This document shows positions 19,655 to 29,344 of a stretch of DNA of 64,000 nucleotides, one piece after another. The stretch is from the NCBI GenBank assembly GCA_002788675.1, contig PFRS01000008.1, positions 70,848-134,847 of the forward strand, written 5' to 3'. Origin of the DNA: Candidatus Pacebacteria bacterium CG_4_9_14_0_2_um_filter_40_15. Lineage in GTDB: Bacteria > Patescibacteriota > Microgenomatia > UBA1400 > PJMF01. Every line of letters begins with the position of its first letter. Within the stretch, counting starts at the first letter, position 1. The position numbers and the translations under genes were made by a program. The notes under the pieces were generated by a model, which worked only from the letters and a program-made list of their open reading frames with translations, did not search any database and was not told the origin of the DNA.

Positions 19655-20878
19655 ATGAATAGTGATTTACAACTGACCAAAGATTTTCCAATATTAGATC
19701 GAAAAGTGCACAACACCAGGCTTGTGTATTTTGACAACGCCGCCACAACTCAAAAACCAGAAGCAGTCATGTCTGCAATGACTCAGTATTATCAAACGAG
19801 TAATGCAAATGTGCATCGAGGAGTTCACACACTCAGCGATGAAAGTACATTGGCGGTAGAAAAAGCTCGAAAGACTATTTCTTCCTTTTTAGGTGCAGAT
19901 GCTTCTGAACTTATTTTAGTGCGAAACACAACAGAAGCATTAAATGGCATTCTCTATGGTTGGGCGCTGCACAATTTGGCTGAAGGTGATGTGGTTATCA
20001 CATCACAACTTGAGCATCACTCAAACTTTGTGGTTTGGCAGGAAGCGTGTAAGCACACAGGAGCAGAGCTTAAAGTAATACCCGTTTTGGAAGATAGTAC
20101 GCTTGATTATAAGTGGCTTGAAGCAAATGTTGCTCATGCTAAGTTGATTGCTCTTACCTATGTTTCAAATGCTGTTGGCTCAGTGCTTGATGTAGAGCGA
20201 GTAGTTACTGTGGCAAAGAAGGTGGGTGCGCGAGTGGCTATAGATGGAGCTCAAGCAGTTGCGCATATGCCAGTTTCTTTCAAAAGTTTAGGAGTAGATT
20301 TTTTTGCCTTCAGTGGACATAAAATGTACGGCCCAATGGGAAGCGGCGGATTGTTAGTTCGCTCTGAACTTTTTAAATCAAATGAAATGCAGCCGTGGCT
20401 CTTTGGTGGCGGTATGATTGCAGAAGTCTATGAAAATAAGACAAAGTTTCATGACGATCCAATCGAGCGATTTACTGCGGGTACACCGGACGTAGCAAGT
20501 GCAGTCGGATTAGCTGCAGCATGTGAATATCTTTCGAAAATAGGAATGAAAACAGTTGAAAAGCATGACGAAGAGCTAGTCGCGTATGCGTTCGAAAAAT
20601 TACAAGCCATCCCACAAGTAACGATTGTTGGTCCGACATCAAAAAGAGTTGGATCAGTCAGTTTTCTCTATGAAGGTGTTCACTCACACGATGTAGCCCA
20701 GGTATTAGATAGCCAGGGAATTGCTGTCAGGTCGGGACATCACTGCACTATGCCACTACATGTTGCTAACAATTGGATAGCTACCACTAGAGCAAGTTTT
20801 GCTGTCTATAATTCTAAAGAAGATATTGATTTATTGGTGTTAGGATTACAAAAAGTAGCAGAAGTATTTGGAAAATAG
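19655..20878 (+). CDS. sufS: Cysteine desulfurase SufS
   Basis: YFDNAATTQKP, ANVHRG, EHHSN, DGAQ, FSGHKMYGP (PLP Lys), RSGHHC (group II). Confidence 0.97.
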   Translation: MNSDLQLTKDFPILDRKVHNTRLVYFDNAATTQKPEAVMSAMTQYYQTSNANVHRGVHTLSDESTLAVEKARKTISSFLGADASELILVRNTTEALNGILYGWALHNLAEGDVVITSQLEHHSNFVVWQEACKHTGAELKVIPVLEDSTLDYKWLEANVAHAKLIALTYVSNAVGSVLDVERVVTVAKKVGARVAIDGAQAVAHMPVSFKSLGVDFFAFSGHKMYGPMGSGGLLVRSELFKSNEMQPWLFGGGMIAEVYENKTKFHDDPIERFTAGTPDVASAVGLAAACEYLSKIGMKTVEKHDEELVAYAFEKLQAIPQVTIVGPTSKRVGSVSFLYEGVHSHDVAQVLDSQGIAVRSGHHCTMPLHVANNWIATTRASFAVYNSKEDIDLLVLGLQKVAEVFGK

Positions 20879-20879
20879 T

Positions 20880-21248
20880 ATGACAGAAGATCTCTACCAA
20901 GAAGTACTCCTTGAAGCTGCAGAAAATCCACAAAATTTTGGAACCTTATCTAATTTTACGCATGAGTTCGATGGCTTTAACGCTTCGTGCGGAGATAAAA
21001 TTCATGTGCAGTTGCAGGTTGATGTCGCAGGCACAATCTCAGACATCGCTTGGCAAGGTGACGGCTGTATTATTTCGCAAGCGGCGATGAGTGCAGTTTC
21101 TGAATTTGTGAAGAACAAGCCGGTTGCAGATCTGGAAGAGCTTTCATTAGCAGATATACTTGAGCTTTTGCATTTCGATACCATCTCCCCAGGTCGAATT
21201 AAATGTTGTATGCTAGGTCTTGAGTCTGTGCGAAAAGCATTGGGCTAA
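20880..21248 (+). CDS. sufU: SufU/NifU-N-like sulfur-transfer protein
   Basis: NASCGD, GCIISQAAMS, RIKCC; follows sufS. Confidence 0.9.
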   Translation: MTEDLYQEVLLEAAENPQNFGTLSNFTHEFDGFNASCGDKIHVQLQVDVAGTISDIAWQGDGCIISQAAMSAVSEFVKNKPVADLEELSLADILELLHFDTISPGRIKCCMLGLESVRKALG

Positions 21249-21256
21249 CCCCAACT

Positions 21257-21922
21257 ATGATAGAACAACGCGAACAACAACCTTTCCCCCTTCAATATGA
21301 AAATGTGACAGACGATGAGTTAGCATTATCAACCAGTAATATTATGGATTTACTTGATAAAGCACTGCGTGGGGTAAAAGGTCCAGATGGAAAGACGCTA
21401 GAAGAATTTTCAGCTGCTGTTGAAGCAGAAAAAAAGAGAAAAGCAGATGAAGTAGCGTATGCTCCTATCAAAGAGCGAGCAGAAAAAGAATGGCAGATAA
21501 GAGCACTAGAAAAGGCAAGTGAAGCAATGATTACTCGGGCAATGGAATTACTTAAGCGTAAAAATGTTTCAGAACTTATCTTTCAAGAATTTGATAGAGA
21601 CAATCAACCTCGTAAAGAGTCTCTGAAAATCATTAAACTCAGAGCTGGTGATATGCCTGAAATTAGGTTTAAATACAATTCGGGGAATGAAGAATTGGAC
21701 ATCGTGCTCTCACTTGATACAGATAAAAAAATAATATTCAGACAGTATTACTTAGCTGATACACTTTGGAGAAAAGTGCCGACTAGCCCTGGAAATTCGA
21801 TTGATGATACGCAATTTAGAGGTGAAAACTTGTTAGCAGTTGCATCTGAGCTCAGTGCTCTAAGCCAAGCGTTAGAAACGTTGGTTGATTTTAGTTCGGA
21901 TCTTACTCCAACATTGGAATAA
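21257..21922 (+). CDS. Hypothetical protein
   Basis: 221-aa charged ORF; no motif recognised. Confidence 0.65.
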   Translation: MIEQREQQPFPLQYENVTDDELALSTSNIMDLLDKALRGVKGPDGKTLEEFSAAVEAEKKRKADEVAYAPIKERAEKEWQIRALEKASEAMITRAMELLKRKNVSELIFQEFDRDNQPRKESLKIIKLRAGDMPEIRFKYNSGNEELDIVLSLDTDKKIIFRQYYLADTLWRKVPTSPGNSIDDTQFRGENLLAVASELSALSQALETLVDFSSDLTPTLE

Positions 21923-21964
21923 GATTGCTTTTCAGGCAGTAAATATGATACAAAAGGCACTACA

Positions 21965-22531
21965 ATGCACATCTTCGTAGGTTCCCACAATCCAGTAAAA
22001 ATCAATGCAGTTACCATTGCTGCTTCAGAAACTTGGCCAGATGCAACTCTGGTTGGCTATGACGTTCCCAGTGGGGTTGATGAACAGCCCGTTGGTGACG
22101 ATATGACCCGGAATGGGGCTATAAACAGAGCTCAAGCAGCATTGCACGATGGTTTGGTTGCTCACGATCAATTATCTGAGATCGACGAAGTTCTCGGTGT
22201 TGGTTTGGAAGGTGGAGTCATGGAGTTTGGCACTGAAATGTGGTCAACCGTTTGGGTTGCAGTTGTTGATAATTCAGGCAATGTATGTGAAAGCAATGGA
22301 GCTCGTTTTAGAGTTCCAGAAATTGTTGCAGAAAAAATTCGAGCAGGTGAAGAGATGGGTCCAATTGTGGCCAAAATTTCTGGTGTGTCGGATGTAAGAA
22401 AGAAACAAGGATTTATTGGAGTACTCACAGACGGTTTTGTTGATAGAACAGAAGAGTATTCTGGAATCGCCAAGATGGCACTGGGTGTTTGGTATGGAAG
22501 AAACTGGCAGGATAGGCTGCAAACTGAATAG
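21965..22531 (+). CDS. yjjX: Inosine/xanthosine triphosphatase (YjjX/DUF84)
   Basis: VGSHNPVKI, SGVDEQP, GAINRA, VGLEGG, GFIGVLT..VDR. Confidence 0.9.
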   Translation: MHIFVGSHNPVKINAVTIAASETWPDATLVGYDVPSGVDEQPVGDDMTRNGAINRAQAALHDGLVAHDQLSEIDEVLGVGLEGGVMEFGTEMWSTVWVAVVDNSGNVCESNGARFRVPEIVAEKIRAGEEMGPIVAKISGVSDVRKKQGFIGVLTDGFVDRTEEYSGIAKMALGVWYGRNWQDRLQTE

Positions 22532-22550
22532 TCTAGTAAAATAAGGAAGG

Positions 22551-23267
22551 ATGAGGAGTATGCCTCCACAACAATTTAAAGCAAGAATCGAAGACAGAGT
22601 TATTCAAAATGATAAGTTTTTTACTATTTCATTTGAATTAATTGAGCCTGGAGCAATGGAATTTAAGGCTGGTCAGTATGTATCAATTAAAGTTGATGCA
22701 GCTGGTACACGTAGAAGCTATTCTATCGCAAGTCGACCAGATATTAACCATGGCTTTGAGTTGGCAATAGACGTTACTCCAGGTGGAGTCGGCACAACAT
22801 TTTTGCGTGACATGCCAATAGGAACTGAGGTTGAAGTTTTGGGTCCACTTGGGTCATTTGTGATCGCCGACGATCCAACTGAAAAAGCTATAGTGTTGGT
22901 TGGCACAGGTTCAGGCATTGCTCCACTTCGCTCAATGCTTTTAGACCTGCTTCAGGTTAAACAGGACACACGCCCTATTATTTTACATTGGGGTATTCGG
23001 TTTGTTGAATCTTTGTTTTGGGAGAATGAGTTCCAAGATATTGTTGAGCGATTCCCTAATTTTAAATTTCATCCAGTCGTTTCAAAAGCTATTGACGGGT
23101 GGACACTCTGCCGTGGTAGAGTAACAGACTGTTTATCTACACATGAATTACCAACAGAAGCTGGTTACTATTTATGTGGTGGTAAACCAATGATTGAATC
23201 CGTGGTGAAATTATTAGGAGAACGAGGCATTGCTCCAGAGCATATTCATCATGAAAAGTTTTTCTAA
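22551..23267 (+). CDS. FAD/NAD(P)-binding oxidoreductase (ferredoxin-NADP+ reductase-like)
   Basis: AGQY, RSYSIAS, GVGT, GPLG, GTGSGIAP, YLCG, C-terminal EKFF. Confidence 0.9.
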   Translation: MRSMPPQQFKARIEDRVIQNDKFFTISFELIEPGAMEFKAGQYVSIKVDAAGTRRSYSIASRPDINHGFELAIDVTPGGVGTTFLRDMPIGTEVEVLGPLGSFVIADDPTEKAIVLVGTGSGIAPLRSMLLDLLQVKQDTRPIILHWGIRFVESLFWENEFQDIVERFPNFKFHPVVSKAIDGWTLCRGRVTDCLSTHELPTEAGYYLCGGKPMIESVVKLLGERGIAPEHIHHEKFF

Positions 23268-23290
23268 ATTTCTAAATAAGGGTTGCTGCA

Positions 23291-23980
23291 ATGAATGAAC
23301 AAAAGCCAGTGCAAAAAAAGAATTCAAAGCTTGTTGCTTTGCTCATGTTCGTTTTTGGGATAGTTATTTTTTGGATGATTTTAAATTGGAAGACCGTTTC
23401 AAGACAAGTTACGTTGCTGTTGAAAAGTGGTGCAGTGACCTCTGATCAATCTGAGGTCATCACTGAAATGAAGTCAAGATATCCAGAGTATAGTGTAGAT
23501 AAGGAGCCGCTTGTGCTTCTAGGTTCAGTAGGAGATCTATCTGAAACATACTCCACTGATTTGTTTTCAATTTCATATCCGCAAGATACATATGCATATA
23601 ACGCAAATACTGCTGAATTATCTGGTTTTGGTTTTTGTCCGGGAGGACAACAAGATTGTCAGTATCCCAAAATGGTAGTTATTCCGATGAAAACAACCAC
23701 GCTGATGGAGTGGTTACAACAGGATGCGGGGTATCATGAGAAGGCATACTGGAATTACTCAACGGTACAAGACCAGTATTTGGTAGTGGTTCGACCACTA
23801 CAGCTCAATGAGTATCCAGGTGTCTATTTAGAAGTAACCTGTAAATCAGGAGAGGATTGTACTTCTGAGGATGTTGCTTTAGGTGCATTTGTAGCTAACG
23901 GCAGAACGTATATTTTCCAGTATGGTTTAGGTGGGGATGAAAAGTATAGGCAAATTCTACAAAGTTTTTCACTTCAATAA
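23291..23980 (+). CDS. Hypothetical membrane-anchored protein
   Basis: One N-terminal TM and an extracytoplasmic domain with two Cys pairs, ending ILQSF. Confidence 0.65.
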   Translation: MNEQKPVQKKNSKLVALLMFVFGIVIFWMILNWKTVSRQVTLLLKSGAVTSDQSEVITEMKSRYPEYSVDKEPLVLLGSVGDLSETYSTDLFSISYPQDTYAYNANTAELSGFGFCPGGQQDCQYPKMVVIPMKTTTLMEWLQQDAGYHEKAYWNYSTVQDQYLVVVRPLQLNEYPGVYLEVTCKSGEDCTSEDVALGAFVANGRTYIFQYGLGGDEKYRQILQSFSLQ

Positions 23981-24025
23981 TAATGGTATAGTAACTAATA
24001 GTTAGAAACACATAAGGAGAAAGAT

Positions 24026-24349
24026 ATGACCGACGATCAAAACGCAGCAGTTGCAACCGCTCCAGCAACTATAGATGGTGTAACAACAGAACACGTCGAA
24101 GATAAAACTGTCCAGACTAAAATGGCAGGAAAGTATAAAGTTGAAGTTATTCGAGACAAGTGTATAAGTGCTGGTAGCTGTGTTGCCATTGCTCCAGGAG
24201 TATTTGAACTTGATGAAGAACAAATTGCTGTTATTATTTCTCAGGATGGTGATGACGATCAAACCAAGTTGCTAGCTGCGCAAAGTTGCCCGACAGCTGC
24301 TGTTATTGTGACCGACATCGAGACAGGTCAACAAGTCTGGCCACAGTAG
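24026..24349 (+). CDS. Ferredoxin, single cluster (probably [3Fe-4S])
   Basis: CISAGSC...AP..F...AAQSCP (CxxAxxC/CP); SD AAGGAG. Confidence 0.9.
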   Translation: MTDDQNAAVATAPATIDGVTTEHVEDKTVQTKMAGKYKVEVIRDKCISAGSCVAIAPGVFELDEEQIAVIISQDGDDDQTKLLAAQSCPTAAVIVTDIETGQQVWPQ

Positions 24350-24437
24350 CTGCTGCTTGTTTCTCAAGTAACTATACTTGCTGCCTGAAATTACCAGGTG
24401 ACATCTTTAGTAATTGTATGATATACAAGGATAACGT

Positions 24438-25121
24438 ATGAAAAATATGCCCCTCTTAATCGGCACCATTGTTGTTTCACTCATAATGATTGTGGGAGTA
24501 GCCTTTATGTTTTCAGGTGATAGCACCCCAACTGCTGATCAACTTGTTCCGCTAGATGAAGTGATCTTAGTCCCCGAAAATCCACATGTTAAAGGAGCGC
24601 CCGAAGCTGCCATTACAGTTGTCGAGTTTAGCGACTTCCAATGTCCAGCATGTAGTGCAGCTCAGCCGCTTGTAAATGAATTACTTGCTCAGTATGGTGA
24701 TTCTGTTAGATTTATTTACAGACATTACCCACTTATCAGTATTCATAAAAATGCACAGGCAGCATCAATTTTTGCGCAGGCAGCAACAGAACAAGATAAA
24801 TTCTGGGAAGTGCATGACATGCTTTTCCAGACTCAACCTGAGTGGAGTACCATCACAAACGATGATGACCTTCAGGCTAAATTTATGACGTATGCAGAAG
24901 CATTGCAGCTTGATACTGCTCTGCTTGAAGAAAAAATGAAAGATACATCAGTACTTGAGGCAATTCAGAGAGACGTGACCGATGGCAACACTGCCAAGAT
25001 CGCGGGAACGCCAACATTCTACGTGAATGGAGTACTTACCCCTGCCCCTCAGTTACTCTCAACTGTAGAAAAATTAGTAGTAACTACACCGGAGACAGAT
25101 GTACTTGATTCCGGTAAGTAA
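24438..25121 (+). CDS. DsbA/BdbD-family thioredoxin-fold protein
   Basis: N-terminal TM, EFSDFQCPAC, YRHYPL, GTPTFYVNG. Confidence 0.92.
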   Translation: MKNMPLLIGTIVVSLIMIVGVAFMFSGDSTPTADQLVPLDEVILVPENPHVKGAPEAAITVVEFSDFQCPACSAAQPLVNELLAQYGDSVRFIYRHYPLISIHKNAQAASIFAQAATEQDKFWEVHDMLFQTQPEWSTITNDDDLQAKFMTYAEALQLDTALLEEKMKDTSVLEAIQRDVTDGNTAKIAGTPTFYVNGVLTPAPQLLSTVEKLVVTTPETDVLDSGK

Positions 25122-25139
25122 TAGGAAAGAAGGGGCATA

Positions 25140-25646
25140 ATGAAAAAGCTTTCTCCGTATATATTCCCAGCAATTGTTTTGGGATTAGTGTTTTTGCTGG
25201 TTTTCAGATGGTACACCATGCGTACCGATCGAGTAGAGTCTGGACTGCTTAGCGAGGGCGTGATTATAGAGAATCTCTCAGAAGATGAAGTGCAGGCACT
25301 CGACTCAGTTGCAGATTTTCAGGCTGCTGAAATGGTTTCAACATCTGAAGATGCTACTGGAACAGTTAAATATGAAGTTAAGGACGATAAAGTAACCTTT
25401 ACCGTTTCTGCTGTGTTACCAGAAGAGGAAACAGAGTATCAAGTTTGGTTACAAGAAGTAGATTCTGAAACTACTCGACATGCTTTTGATCTTGAAATGA
25501 AAAAAGGTGGATACATAGGAAGTGCAGCATTCTCTGCAGACTTACTACCACTAAAAGTAGTGGTTCGCAATGGAGCAAATCTTACAGGTGACGGGGCAGG
25601 TGTCTTGCTTGAAACAACAATTGAAGCTCCAGAGGCAATGGAATAA
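25140..25646 (+). CDS. Hypothetical membrane-anchored protein
   Basis: N-terminal TM; LP...YQVWL beta-sandwich-like segment reminiscent of anti-sigma/CHRD-like domains. Confidence 0.6.
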   Translation: MKKLSPYIFPAIVLGLVFLLVFRWYTMRTDRVESGLLSEGVIIENLSEDEVQALDSVADFQAAEMVSTSEDATGTVKYEVKDDKVTFTVSAVLPEEETEYQVWLQEVDSETTRHAFDLEMKKGGYIGSAAFSADLLPLKVVVRNGANLTGDGAGVLLETTIEAPEAME

Positions 25647-25791
25647 ATTGCTTCTTGAAGTGGCCGCCGAGTGTGCTAGACTGTTAAAAAGTGATGTGCC
25701 AGGCACACAGCAAAAATTGCAAAAAAATGACACGACACTTAAAAAGTAGTAAATATCTTGCCAGAGGCAAGAAAGAATAAAAAGGAGCATT

Positions 25792-26007
25792 ATGAACGCA
25801 TTCAGTTACACAAATGCTAAAGGACAACAATACTACCTCCACACAAAAGAGGTTACTCTTAAGAATGGTCGAGTTCAAAGAATTTATTTCTTTGCACGCG
25901 ATATCCGAGAAGGCTCTCTTGAAGCAGTTCCAGAAGGCTACGAAGTCATGGAAACAAAGAGAACAAACATGCCAGTTCTTAAACGTTCAAACAAGCCAGC
26001 TAAATAA
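25792..26007 (+). CDS. Small basic hypothetical protein (71 aa)
   Basis: Strong SD AAGGAG and own terminator; YYLH..EVTLKNGR.Q.IYFF pattern. Confidence 0.8.
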   Translation: MNAFSYTNAKGQQYYLHTKEVTLKNGRVQRIYFFARDIREGSLEAVPEGYEVMETKRTNMPVLKRSNKPAK

Positions 26008-26038
26008 ATCTAGCTCGCTCATTTTAAAATAAAATCTG

Positions 26039-26070
26039 AAATCCCCTCGAGAAATTCTCGGGGGGATTTT
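26039..26070 (+). terminator. Rho-independent terminator
   Basis: AAATCCCCTCGAGA-AAT-TCTCGGGGGGATTTT. Confidence 0.75.
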
Positions 26071-26111
26071 AGTACCAGATACATTCATTTATGCGGTAAA
26101 ATAAAGGGGTC

Positions 26112-26468
26112 ATGTTACTAGAGTCAACACATACCACTATCACAGAAAAAGATGTCATGGATTGTCTAACTACTGTTATTGATCCTGAACTGCATATCGA
26201 TATTGTGAGTATGGGTCTGGTGTATGGCATTGATATCAGAGATATCCAAACAGATACAGGAACACGACCCTGGATTCATGTTCTGCTAACACTTACAACC
26301 CCGGGGTGTCCGTTGGCTGCCATGTTTGACACCATGATTAAAGATGCACTCGCAGGATTACCAGGAGTAGATGTGCAGAAGGATATCACCGTTGAACTTA
26401 CCTTTGATCCGCCATGGGTTCCTGATATGATGACTGAAGAAGCACGAGCAGAACTTGGTTTTGACTGA
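26112..26468 (+). CDS. sufT: SufT/PaaD-like (DUF59) Fe-S assembly factor
   Basis: VIDPEL.IDIVSMGLVY, LTLTTPGCP, LTFDPPW. Confidence 0.9.
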   Translation: MLLESTHTTITEKDVMDCLTTVIDPELHIDIVSMGLVYGIDIRDIQTDTGTRPWIHVLLTLTTPGCPLAAMFDTMIKDALAGLPGVDVQKDITVELTFDPPWVPDMMTEEARAELGFD

Positions 26469-26505
26469 TTTGCTTCAAAATAGGATGTAGATGAGAAAGG
26501 GATGA

Positions 26506-26955
26506 ATGACTATTCACATAGCAACTGATCACCGTGGTTTTGAGTTAAAAGAATCACTCAAACCGTTTATTTCTGCACTTGGTCACACTATTGTTGACCA
26601 TGGAAGTGATTCCTATAACCAGGATGATGATTATCCAGATACAGCTGTAAAGGCTTCTAAAGCAGTAGCAACTGACCCGGAATCTAGAGGAATTGTTCTT
26701 TGTGGATCAGGAGTTGGAGTAAGTGTGGTGGCAAATAAAGTTTTGGGAGTTCGTTGTGTGTTAGGTTTTTCTAACATGCAAGTGGTTCACGCAAGAGAGT
26801 CTGATAACTGCACGATGCTCGCATTGCCAGCAGACTTTGTTGATAGGAATACAGCAGAACAACTCGTTACCTATTTTTTGGAGACTCCATTTAAAGGTGA
26901 AACTGAAGATGTTAGACGTATTGAAAAAGTAGCCAACATTGAAAGAGAAAAATAA
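26506..26955 (+). CDS. rpiB: Ribose-5-phosphate isomerase B
   Basis: IATDHRGFELK, DDYPD, CGSGVG...ANK..GVR, RRIEK. Confidence 0.92.
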   Translation: MTIHIATDHRGFELKESLKPFISALGHTIVDHGSDSYNQDDDYPDTAVKASKAVATDPESRGIVLCGSGVGVSVVANKVLGVRCVLGFSNMQVVHARESDNCTMLALPADFVDRNTAEQLVTYFLETPFKGETEDVRRIEKVANIEREK

Positions 26956-26959
26956 AGCT

Positions 26960-27658
26960 ATGAATATAATTCCAAGCATATTATCAGACGAACGTGAGGT
27001 TGTTGCCAAGCAACTAGCGAGTATTCTTTCTTCAGGTGAAGACTATGAGATAGAGCGTGTTCAAATGGATATTATTGATGGTGAGTTTGCCGACAATATT
27101 ACCGTTACACCACTCGATTTACCTGATTTTGAGTTTGGAGGACTAGAAGTTGATTTGCACCTTATGACTCAAGAGCCTCTCGATTTTGTGTATGAGGCAA
27201 AAGAGACAACACATTTTGTGCCAATAAAACGAGTCATAGGTCAGATTGAGAAAATGAGTAACCAAGAGGCATTTGTGGAAGAAGTAAAGAAGCAGCACTG
27301 GTTACCAGGTTTGTGTCTTGATCTCTACACACCATTGAGTGAGTTATCACTTGATGCATTGGAGGATGTGCGCGTGCTTCAGGTTATGGGCATTCAAGCT
27401 GGTTTTCAGGGACAGCAATTTAATGAGCATACCTATCAGGTCATTTCAGAGCTTCGGGAACTTATCGAAAGAGTCAATCCAAAAATAGAATTAATTGTCG
27501 ACGGTGGAGTGAAGCCAGAACATCTTGGCAAGTTACTTGAACTGGGTGTTGATAGCGTGGTCGTTGGCAGTGTATTGTGGAAGGCGGCATCGATTGAAGA
27601 AGGTTTGGATAGCTTATATGACGAATTAGCTAACTCCGAGTCGGAGGAAACATTTTAA
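26960..27658 (+). CDS. rpe: Ribulose-phosphate 3-epimerase
   Basis: IIPSIL, DIIDGEFADN, DLHLM, MGIQAGFQGQ, VDGGV, VVGS. Confidence 0.88.
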   Translation: MNIIPSILSDEREVVAKQLASILSSGEDYEIERVQMDIIDGEFADNITVTPLDLPDFEFGGLEVDLHLMTQEPLDFVYEAKETTHFVPIKRVIGQIEKMSNQEAFVEEVKKQHWLPGLCLDLYTPLSELSLDALEDVRVLQVMGIQAGFQGQQFNEHTYQVISELRELIERVNPKIELIVDGGVKPEHLGKLLELGVDSVVVGSVLWKAASIEEGLDSLYDELANSESEETF

Positions 27659-27679
27659 GTACATAAAAGTAAGGATCTA

Positions 27680-28324
27680 ATGAAGACAGAAGTTCACGTA
27701 CCAAAGCCACAGATGCACTGTACGATTAAAAATATTGCAATTTTTGGAAGTGCTGACGTTGATGAAGAGCATCCACTCTATAAAGATGTCTTTAATGTGG
27801 CTCGTTACTTGGCTTATCACAACTACACCATTGTGAATGGTGGAGGCCCAGGTGTTATGGATGCAGCTACACAGGGTGCCGAATCTGCAGATGGTGAAAC
27901 ATTAGTAGTTACTTTTTATCCAAAGGACATGCCAGAGTTTGAGGGTCGCTTTACTAAAAATACTGCTGATAAAGAAATTAAAACCAAAAATTATATTGAA
28001 CGAATGTTTGGTCTTATGGAACATGCAGACGCATTTGTGTGTTTCGAAGGTGGTACCGGTACGCTCAGTGAATGGGCAACTGCCTGGCTCTTAGCTCATC
28101 TTTACTATGGAAATCATAAACCGCTTATTCTTTACGGTGAGTTTTGGGAGAAGCTGATGCGAGTGGTCAACGACCACTTCTTTATTGGTGAAAAAGAACT
28201 CAGTGTCTATCGCATTGTTAAGAATGAAGAAGAAATGATCACTGCATTGAACGAATTTTCAGCTGAGCTTGCCGATCGTTGTGGTTTGCCTGAACGCACT
28301 AAAGAAGTAGCGACTGAAAGTTAA
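27680..28324 (+). CDS. LOG/SLOG family nucleotide-binding protein
   Basis: IFGS, NGGGPGVMDA, EGGTGTLSE, KPLIL. Confidence 0.85.
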   Translation: MKTEVHVPKPQMHCTIKNIAIFGSADVDEEHPLYKDVFNVARYLAYHNYTIVNGGGPGVMDAATQGAESADGETLVVTFYPKDMPEFEGRFTKNTADKEIKTKNYIERMFGLMEHADAFVCFEGGTGTLSEWATAWLLAHLYYGNHKPLILYGEFWEKLMRVVNDHFFIGEKELSVYRIVKNEEEMITALNEFSAELADRCGLPERTKEVATES

Positions 28325-28395
28325 GAAAAAACATAGTACAATAAAATAAGCGTCGCAATTGCCAATGTAGGTGAGCGACCAACGAGTACCTGCCC

Positions 28396-29334
28396 ATGTA
28401 CGACATTATTACTATCGGTTCATCTGTTGTAGACATCTTTGTCTTGTCTAACCAGTTCCAACTCGAACATTCAAAAGAAGGAGTGCGGCTTTGTCAGGAG
28501 TATGGGGCCAAGATTGATGTCGATAGTTTCCAAGTGCATAGCGGTGGCGGTGGTGGAAATACTGCCGTTGGATTTGCTCGCTTAGGTTTTGCAGTCGGAG
28601 TGGTGACAGAGACAGGTAAAGATTCATTTGCCAACATTGTTCTGGAAGATTTTCATACAAATAAAGTATCAACAAACCTTGTTATTCAAGAAAAAAGAGA
28701 AGAAACAGGTGGTTCTGTTGCTTTGATTGGTAAAGATGGTGGTCGCTCAATTTTAGTTCATCGAGGGGCTTCTTCTGAACTTGATCCCAAAGACCTTCCC
28801 GTGGGTCATCTCTCTCGAGCACGATGGGTGCATCTTTCAAGTATTGCTGGCAGGGAAGATACGCTTCGTAAACTTTTTGAAATTCTCAGCAGATCAAACA
28901 GACGATACAAACTTTCTTGGAACCCTGGAAGGAGTGAATTGGTCCTGTTAAAAAATAGACAGTTACACATTGCTCATGTACCGTGCGAAGTCTTTTCAGT
29001 GAATCGAGATGAGTGGAATTTATTAGAAGGCGTACGGGATCAAATAATGGCTAATGTGCCTCAAATTGTAATTACTGAAGGCAACAAGGGATGCGAAGTA
29101 ATTATCAAAGGTTTCAATAGACATTTCTCTACTAAAAAGGTTACCTCTATTGATGACACTGGTGCTGGTGATGCGTTCATCACTGCGTACATTGCTGCTC
29201 AGCTGAAGGGACAACTTCCAGAGACAGCGGTTCAGTGGGGAATTGAAAATGCTACATCTGTAGTTCAACACGTAGGAGCTAGAGCCGGGCTATTGCGCTT
29301 AGGCGATATGGAAAAAGTAGAAAATGTGTCATAA
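28396..29334 (+). CDS. PfkB family carbohydrate kinase
   Basis: GGGGGNTAVGFARLG and DTGAGDAF. Confidence 0.92.
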   Translation: MYDIITIGSSVVDIFVLSNQFQLEHSKEGVRLCQEYGAKIDVDSFQVHSGGGGGNTAVGFARLGFAVGVVTETGKDSFANIVLEDFHTNKVSTNLVIQEKREETGGSVALIGKDGGRSILVHRGASSELDPKDLPVGHLSRARWVHLSSIAGREDTLRKLFEILSRSNRRYKLSWNPGRSELVLLKNRQLHIAHVPCEVFSVNRDEWNLLEGVRDQIMANVPQIVITEGNKGCEVIIKGFNRHFSTKKVTSIDDTGAGDAFITAYIAAQLKGQLPETAVQWGIENATSVVQHVGARAGLLRLGDMEKVENVS

Positions 29335-29344
29335 TGGAAAATAT

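Noticed and set aside
19545-19748. Cys-rich N-terminal extension of the 298-aa ORF
   Set aside because: Overlaps the sufS start and promoter on the other strand; a better SD-led ATG exists at 19544
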